A DNA stretch of 62,113 nucleotides, the filler included, from Choristocarpus tenellus KU-1152 (Eukaryota; Protista; Phaeophyceae): the NCBI GenBank assembly GCA_964200185.2. It is 9 parts of 9 records of this genome, joined end to end, with 100 filler letters (N's around TTAATTAATTAA, not from the genome) between each part and the next. Parts side by side here need not be neighbours in the genome. Positions count along the whole stretch, not along the records: positions 51,213 to 62,113 come from CAXNAD020002638.1; 8 more parts are not named here. The stretch is one strand, 5' to 3'. The position numbers and the translations under genes were made by a program. Positions 54,761 to 62,113 of the stretch are shown piece after piece (position 1 is the stretch's first letter; the number at the start of each line of letters is the position of its first letter). The notes below the pieces were generated by a model, which was not told where the DNA came from, did not search any database, and was given only the letters and a program-made list of their open reading frames with translations.

Positions 54761-55130
54761 GAAAGTCTGCAAAAGGCGTTAAAAAGATGCCCTAGAATCT
54801 TGCAGTTTTTTTCGGTAGGGCCAAACGCGCGGTATTTTGGCAGGGCTTACCCCGGACCAGGTTTTTGCGGTAAATTCGGCCAACCACTTTATTCTTGTAC
54901 CTTTTAAGGTTGTGAGCATCAAAATTTCTGCGGAGTTTTCCCCCACGTTTTTGCCATTCTTTGATCGGGATATAGTTCCCGTTCACTGGAGTTAATACAT
55001 TCTTGCATACAAACCTTCAACCCCTCTTGTATTAGCATTCATGTGATACACATACCGTTGCATACTTCTCCTGGCCCGACAATGAAAAAAAACAAGATTG
55101 CCATAGACCGCGAAACTATTGGTATTACTT

Positions 55131-55793
55131 TAGGAAAATATCATAAAAACCCGTGGGAAGCCAAGTCCCAAACAGACAAACAGGGCAAAATGTTTACCCT
55201 CTAGTATAATTTCACTCAGCATGTTACTAAACCCCTCCCCTCTATACATCTTCTTTGCGTTTGTGCAACCCTCGTTCGCATCCTTAACAATATCGAAGGG
55301 CAGCAGCCGTAGGTGCTCCAAGGGATTCGTGGAAGAAGACTCTAGATATCATTTCGACAGGTCTGAGCGCAACAAATGTAATCAACCTTGTAACCTCTGG
55401 TTTTCTCTTGTAATAGAGTCAAAGTATCTTCGAGGGTAGAGCCATGTCCATTTGGAGACCAAAATCCAATGTTGTGATTTTGATGAATTTTTGGTTATTG
55501 TGTTGATTAGGAAGTGTCAATATCCTTGTTCTGGACACACCTTTTCATAACATACACATTAATCCACTCTGAAACATTTGAAGAGTAGGTAAAATGTACA
55601 AAAAAAACAAACATGGGAAGCCAAACCTCAAACGCACAAACAGGGCAAATTCGTACCCTCTAAGATACTTTCACTCAAGAGTTCAATGCAAACCTTCTGG
55701 ACAGTGAAAGGCTCAAAGCGTACTTTTCCTGGTCAGGGCCTGAATGGACACCCTGGTGTAGACCCTCCTCTCCCTCCCCAGATACTTTGAGCC
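55131..55793. mobile_element. MITE cluster: B right-half fragment (55131-55217), full B copy (55416-55676), minimal A derivative (55710-55793)
   Basis: Subfamily A and B TIRs and cores; flanks AATA/AAGA for the B copy and AAA/AAA for the 84-bp A derivative. Confidence 0.85.
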
Positions 55794-56781
55794 AAAGAGT
55801 TGCCTCCATGCTGAGAAACCTGTGCAGGGGTCCAGAAGAGGGAGCAGACAAGCTCGCAGGAATCCTGAGCGATGAGCCTTTCTCACTGTGCTCACATTGG
55901 AAGGCGGGGAAGGATGCACCTACTGCATTTGTTCATCAAGTGGGCAGTCCTTGAGGTTGCAGTGCAGGTCATGAACGAGGTGAAGAAGAAAGGTAGGCTT
56001 GGAGTTGACCCTCACACGGAAGACTGTCCGAACGTAATTACCATGGAGGGAAACCTGAAGGCATCATACACCCTATCGGAAAGGTGTACTCGTGGGAGTA
56101 TGCGGCTTCCCCTCTTGTCTCTCGTTTGTATTGCCATTTTTAACACACATGAAAACAACAACTATCTCCTTTGACTCGAAACATCGCCCAACCCCTGAAA
56201 ATTGGAAGGTGAAGAGGAAACTTGTACTGAAGAATGTGGATAGGGGTGATCTGTTCGAGAAGATCGCCAATTTCTCGAAGGGGTGTTTCCCTATACAACG
56301 GTGATGAAGATGAAGGCAAGCAACTGTAATATCGTTTGATAGCGAACTATGTATAGTTCACGAATTATTCTTTTCCACTGTCATACGACTGTTACGTGCA
56401 CCCCAGAGTATCGGTGGCAGCCTCTGAAGTTTCTTTCATATTTCGCGCAGTTTCATTCCCACTATCACACATTATCACACATTATCACACACCCGCGGTT
56501 CTCTAGGTGTACGTGCGTGCATCTCCAGGTGTTAAATGATGGTGTATGGTTTCATCCAAGACAATTCCGTCTTTATTTGTTGCATCCATGGACACGGCAC
56601 ATACTAATGTCCCTGATCCTACCCTTTAACATTTTTCATTGTGTGCCTGTATCTGTTATCTAACTTTGACACACATGGGGTAGCTCCCTGTTTCCTCCAT
56701 TGCTGATAGTTCTTGTCTTCCGAAATTTTGAATCAGTCGTGCAATTTCTATAAACCCTACCAATTATAATCAATTATGCTA

Positions 56782-58224
56782 CTCCCTCTGACCCAAATAT
56801 AAGCCACATTAGGAAAAACCGAAATATAAGCTACATTTGGTACTAAGTACGTTTGGCCAATTGAGGGTGATCCCAGCGCAAAATAATGATTGGCATGTGC
56901 TGAACATGTATCGGGGAGCATATGTGGCATTTTTTTCGTGATTGGAACCGGAGATGCACATATGCTGTCCCTGAGGTATGCCAGCCGTGGGTGCCACATG
57001 GAGTACCGCACAGAACCATCTGCTTGTGACACAAAAAACGGCATCTTCACGACTGGGGATGTGGTTGCATTCGCACAAAGTGAAAACATGGTGTTGACAA
57101 TTGTGAGGGGGGCAAGGGTTAACGGCAATTTGTGTTTGGCGACCAGGGAACAGCCAATTACCATCCCCTGGGAATGTTCACATGAACGGTCTTTGGTGTC
57201 ATTGCCCTGGGGCACACGCACGGACGTCCCAGTACAGCAAGAAAGAAGCAAGGCAAGAATGCTTACGCCCAGGAGACGAATTTCCTTCGTACAGCAGCAT
57301 CAAACAGCAGCATCAAAACGCCTACATACCATCGAGCACCCCCATCATCAACACACCCTCACACTCTGCTAAAAAAACCCGAAGCAGATACAGCTACACC
57401 CCCCGTCCTATCCCCGACCCCTTCCACGGCCCATTCCCTAACCCCTTCCACGCCCTTAGCCCCCTGCCCCACCCCTCCCCACCCCCGCACCCACACCCGC
57501 CCCGCCTCCCACAGCCGAGCCGGCACTGGCATCAGAGGAGGAATCTGCCCGCCTGCTCGCCTGTGCCATCGCCTGAGACGTGTGAGCCTTCAATCCGAGA
57601 CCGCTCATGTGGCGCTGGAACGTGGTGAGGGTCAAGTCCAGAGCAGCGCCGATCGAGCAATGCATGGTTCGCATCTTGAGAGGGATTGTCTTGAGCAACT
57701 CGATGTGCGGGGCTGTGTTGCGCGGCTTTCAGTCTGATTTCCCCGTGCAGTCACTCACCAAGCTCGGATTCTGCACACCTTGCGCCTTCTGCTGCTCGTA
57801 CAACTTCTACACACGGGCGATGCTCCAGCGCTAGGTGCCAAACATGTCGGCAACTTGCGTCAGTTCGTCGCGGCGGAGAACCCCTTGGCTGCTGTCTTTG
57901 AGCAGCTCATCAATCACAGCTCGGCGCTCGTATTCGTTAAGATTATTTCTCTTTCGTGTCTAAACATTAGCCCCACTCACCGACATCGCTCACGGGTGAT
58001 GTTATGGGCACCAAAACGGGAGATCCCCGACCTGAGGCTGATTTTCCCGTGCCCTTCGTGGGTCTGAGGGTCGCACCACCCACCGTCATTTTTGTGCGTG
58101 GTTTTGGTCCCATTGCGCAAAAGCCAACAAATACCATTAAAAAAACATTTTTATAATATTGTCAAGGAGCATGATTTATATCGGTTTTTGTCCGAATGTA
58201 GCTTATATTTTGGGTCAGAGGAAG
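56782..58224 (-). mobile_element. Non-autonomous, internally deleted Stowaway/DD39D-type mariner, 1.44 kb
   Basis: TA-flanked TIRs CT(C/T)CCTCTGACCCAAA(A)TATAAGC. The minus strand at ~57570-57955 encodes the HTH region NLNEYERRAVIDELL..VADMFG..IPLKMRT..TTFQRH with stops. No DDD domain. Confidence 0.88.
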
Positions 58225-58259
58225 TAAACATTATTTTCTCCATTGGAACCTCGAAATAC

Positions 58260-61200
58260 TTCCTCCTTCACAATAACCTCAACCTTCCTGATCCTGCTCC
58301 TGCTCCTGATGGGACACCAAATGTCGCCTTCACAGCCAAGGCCTGGCTATGTCGCCACTGCCACCAATCTGGCCATCATCTACGCCAATGCCCCACACAT
58401 CACATCACACAGCCCACACCGTCTATCCCAGTTGCACACTCATGGTCCCTGGTGTTTCTATGGCCTGGTCCCAACCCACACTGATTGAGAATACCATGCA
58501 CAGAGCCGCCAATTTTCCCACCCTCCGGCCCAAGCTTCTCCCGTACCCCCTGCTCTCCCACAGCCCATTCCACCACTTCAGCTCTCACTGCAACGGTACC
58601 ACCTAACGGCTTGGGTCAGGACCCCAACTGGTACTAGTTGTATTGCTTCACAGCCAGTACCATGAGCACCCTACACCCCCACACCAATCCAGAATGTCTC
58701 CACCATCACCCCCTTCATCGTTGACTTGAGCTGCGTTGCCCACATGGTTGACCCTTTTCGTGGATAGTGCTGCTGATACACTATAGACACCACCAGTGGA
58801 TTAGATAATAGGATGGATAGCCAGTGATAGATATACCATATATAATGACTCACTAGTGTCCATTGATTTATGTCATGTTCAAGATACAGTTGCTATACTG
58901 AAGATAAGTAAATGAGTGATTCATAGTAAATTAGTGTGGATGATTGCAAACCCACACTTTAGGAATAGTAATGGTAGTCTACACCTGTCTCAACCCACAA
59001 GTTCAGTCAGTGGAGTTGAGACAATAAACCTCGTGTAACATTATTATTGCATATCTACATCAAGCCATTTATTGTCCTCTATCAAGGCACACAGCCGCGG
59101 GTCCAGTGCGGAATATTTCAACAGACTCCCCTAATTCTCACACCAACTTACTTACCTTTCCAACATCACCCCCCTGTCACTACCCATCACTGTGTCTGGC
59201 ACAGAGAAACCGTCAGCCCACGGGTACTAGTTGTATTACTTCACAACCATTACTATGAGCACCCTACACCCCCACACCAACCCAGAATGTCTCCACCATC
59301 ACCCTCTTCATCGTCGACTTGGGCTGCGTTGCCCACATGGTTGACCCCACCCTATTTCCCACACCAACTTACTACCTTTCTAAAATCATCCCCCTCTCAC
59401 TACCCATCACTGTGTCTGGCATAGAGTAACCATCAGCTCATTGCCCAATGCCTGGCCACGTTTTCTGGGCTACCGCACCATAACAACTCCCATACTCTCA
59501 TTTGAACTTCACCGTACCACTCTTTCCGGAACTTGGTCGCCACCTGTACTCAAAATGTGCAGCAGTCATTGTGGACTGGGCCATGGTGATCTCACACGAA
59601 CCTCATCTGGTCAACGCATATGCCCCTCCGGACAGCAGCCTCCAACCAACCGTACCTAAAGATCTCCACCACCCCCAGGCACTCCACTGAGGTCAACCAT
59701 ACTGATGTTGCGGGGTTAGTTTCACATGCATCCTTTGCTGGGGGTCGATACGTTGTCTTCTACATCGATTCCTCTACCCCCGTCATGTCTACTTCCTTAG
59801 GCATGAGGCTGGTGTCTTCCACACCCTTCGACCCCACAACTCGGATGTCATCATCCCCTCAGACGCTTCCATGAAGATCCTGCGCTTAGACAATGGTGGA
59901 GAGCATGCGGGGAGGGACTTAGTCGCCTACTGCACAAAGCACGGCATCCGTCAAGATTTTACGAGCCCCTACATTCCTGAGGAAAATGGCTTGGCTGAGT
60001 GCCAGTGGCGCAAAATCTTCAACAAAGCCAGATTCATACTCAACAGTACCAACCTACCCAAACAACTTTGGGCTTAAGCCATTGCCACTGCCGTCCACAG
60101 TATAAACCTTTTTGCTACTTTCGTCCTTAACACGACACCCCCTAACATACCTGGTATTATCACTATCCTGACTTTTCTTCCCTTTGTGTCTTTGGTCCCT
60201 GGGTCTATGTCCACTATGACCGCTCACATGGAGGCAAACTTGAGCCAACGGCTTGGTAGGGACGCCTGATCAGCTACACCACCAACAGCAACGGGTGCAG
60301 CATCCGAAAACCACACACCAATTGAGTACTCAACAACGCCATGTCACCTTCATTGAAGATCCCCATGCGCCCATCACCCCCACTGATCTCTGCCAGATTC
60401 CTCTGACTCTATTGCTGGGGAACAGCAATCCGCACTTATCCTTCCACCTTTGGATCTCCTGACTCCCCAAAAGTTGATCACAGCCGACCCCTCCAATGTC
60501 CTGGCTGGGACCTTGACCCCTGATGTCCCCCATGCGGACACCACCTCCCACAATGACCACACCTTGACACGATGCCCCTCCAAACCCACCGACCTGATTG
60601 CCCACCTCCCCCCCACACCTCCACCCCCACCCCTGCCCAGTTCTATGAACTCTTTCGCCCGAACTCCTTCTACAACCCTAGCCTCCAAGAGGAGGCCTCC
60701 TCAACTATTAACATCACTTTCGACCATCCCAGCATCCTTGCTGGGGCATCACCGACAATCTCCCTCTAAGGACGCCATCCACTACCCAGACTGGGAACAA
60801 GCTTTTCGCACAGAGTGCGGATCCCTTCTTCGTAACAAGATCTGGAGTGAGGTGAGCAATTAAGCCTGCTCCCCGCGAACAATGTAATCTCCCCTGGGTG
60901 CCTATTCAAGATCAAGTGACAATCCGATGGCACCGTCCACCAGCACAAGGTCTGACTCATCACCACGGGGTACACCCAAATTCCAGGTATGAATGTCCAT
61001 AACACCTATACCGCTGTTGCCCACCAGGGCACTCTCCACACAGTATTTCCTCTTGACGTCTACCATGAATTACCTCTGTTCCAAATGGATGTCAAGTTTG
61101 CGTTCCTCCAAAGCCCCCTTCCATGACCGAATTTTCACCCGTCTGGCTCTGGTCTCCCTGAACCGATTCTAATGGCCAACCCCGCTTATATTGCCTTCAT

Positions 61201-61853
61201 AAGGCCCTCTACGGCATTCAACAAGTCTCTTGCGCCTGGTACTAGACCCTTCACCAAACCCTCACCACCCTTGACCTTACTCCCAGTATTGCTAATTCCT
61301 ATAGAGAGGGGAGACTGAGCTAATCCTGTTCGCGAATGTGGACGACATGGGCATCACTGGTTGCAACTCCAGCCTTATCGAAACTGAGGCAACAACAACT
61401 ACGACACCTGTTTGACATAGAGGATTTGAGTCAAGGTGAATGGATCCTCAGGATTCGGGTCTGGGACCTATCGCGTCACGAGATTGTCCATACTCAAGAT
61501 TTGTACGACAGCAACATCCTGGAACGCTTTGGTATGGCTAGCTGCAATTCATCGACCACCCCTGATCACCCCAACGAGCTTTGTCCCCACCCAGATTCAC
61601 TTCTCCCCCCCCACGATAAGCACCATTGCCAGATCTTGGTTGTCAGCCTTCTCTAACTATCCATCTGTACCTGTCTCTGCATTTCCCATCCTGTCATGCA
61701 ACTTACCCACTACATGGCCAACCCTTCCCAACCTCACCTCGTTGATACTAAACATGTCATGCACCACCGTCAAGGCGCCCAGCATTTTCCCCTTCGATAC
61801 TGTGCATCCCAATCAAACTCCGTCTCCCGTCACGGTTATGTTGACGTAAGCTA
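58260..61853 (+). mobile_element. Heavily decayed Ty1/copia retrotransposon (gag knuckle, duplicated protease region, IN, RT, start of RNase H)
   Basis: CRHCHQSGHHLRQC; FIVD(L)GCVAHM; HTDVAG..GGRYVVFYID; LRLDNGGEH..SPYIPEENGLAE; QMDVKFAFL; KALYGIQQ; NVDDMGITG; GYVD. Confidence 0.9.
58755..59123 (-). mobile_element. LTR family 2 solo copy inserted antisense into the copia protease region
   Basis: The reverse complement begins TGTTGAAATATTCCGCACTGGACCCGCGGCT and is collinear with 61854-62113. Flanks GACCC/GACTC give a 5-bp TSD with one mismatch. Confidence 0.75.
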
Positions 61854-62113
61854 TGTTGAACTATCCCACACTGGACCCGCGGCTTTATGGTGCTTTAATG
61901 AAGGACAAAGAACAGCTTGATATAGATGAACAATGTTAGAAATACAAGAGCCTTTGTGGTCTCGATTCTGCTGACTACGCGTGAGGGTGAGACTAGCCTA
62001 AACTACCATATTATTATTCTACAGTGTGGGGTTTGTGATCGTCCACACTTATTTACTTATCTTTAGTATAGATAGTGTATCTTGAACATGATATAAAACC
62101 AATCAACACTATG
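61854..62113 (+). repeat. LTR family 2 copy interrupting copia RNase H; runs off the window
   Basis: TGTTG start directly after the GYVDVSY codons; homologous to 41175-41239 and 58755-59123. Confidence 0.75.

Overview
This is eukaryotic, intron-rich, repeat-rich DNA, most likely from a photosynthetic stramenopile such as a brown alga. That assignment is an inference from GT-AG multi-exon genes, an 'SAF' bipartite plastid-targeting-like N-terminus and TTAGGG-like repeats. The window is not continuous: nine contigs are joined by eight artificial 100-nt spacers (N-run + TTAATTAATTAA + N-run), so adjacency across gaps is not biological. Host genes are the 5' part of an organellar valyl-tRNA synthetase, an 18-exon 3' part of an EML5/6-like HELP/WD40 protein, a putative orphan membrane protein with an acidic tail, and a partial Ski2/DDX60-like helicase with no visible Walker A exon. 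The rest is mostly decayed mobile DNA: three Ty1/copia remnants, two LTR families, a CRE-like non-LTR endonuclease fragment and three Stowaway/DD39D-type mariners. There are also about 15 copies of a MITE family with GA(G/C)(T/C)CAAAGTATC termini and apparently mixed 3-bp and 4-bp target-site duplications (TSDs). I found no CRISPR array, rRNA or credible tRNA, and no convincing new multi-gene system. The best novelty candidates are the MITE family, a Tudor-like ORF beside a possible transposase remnant, and the helicase lacking Walker A.
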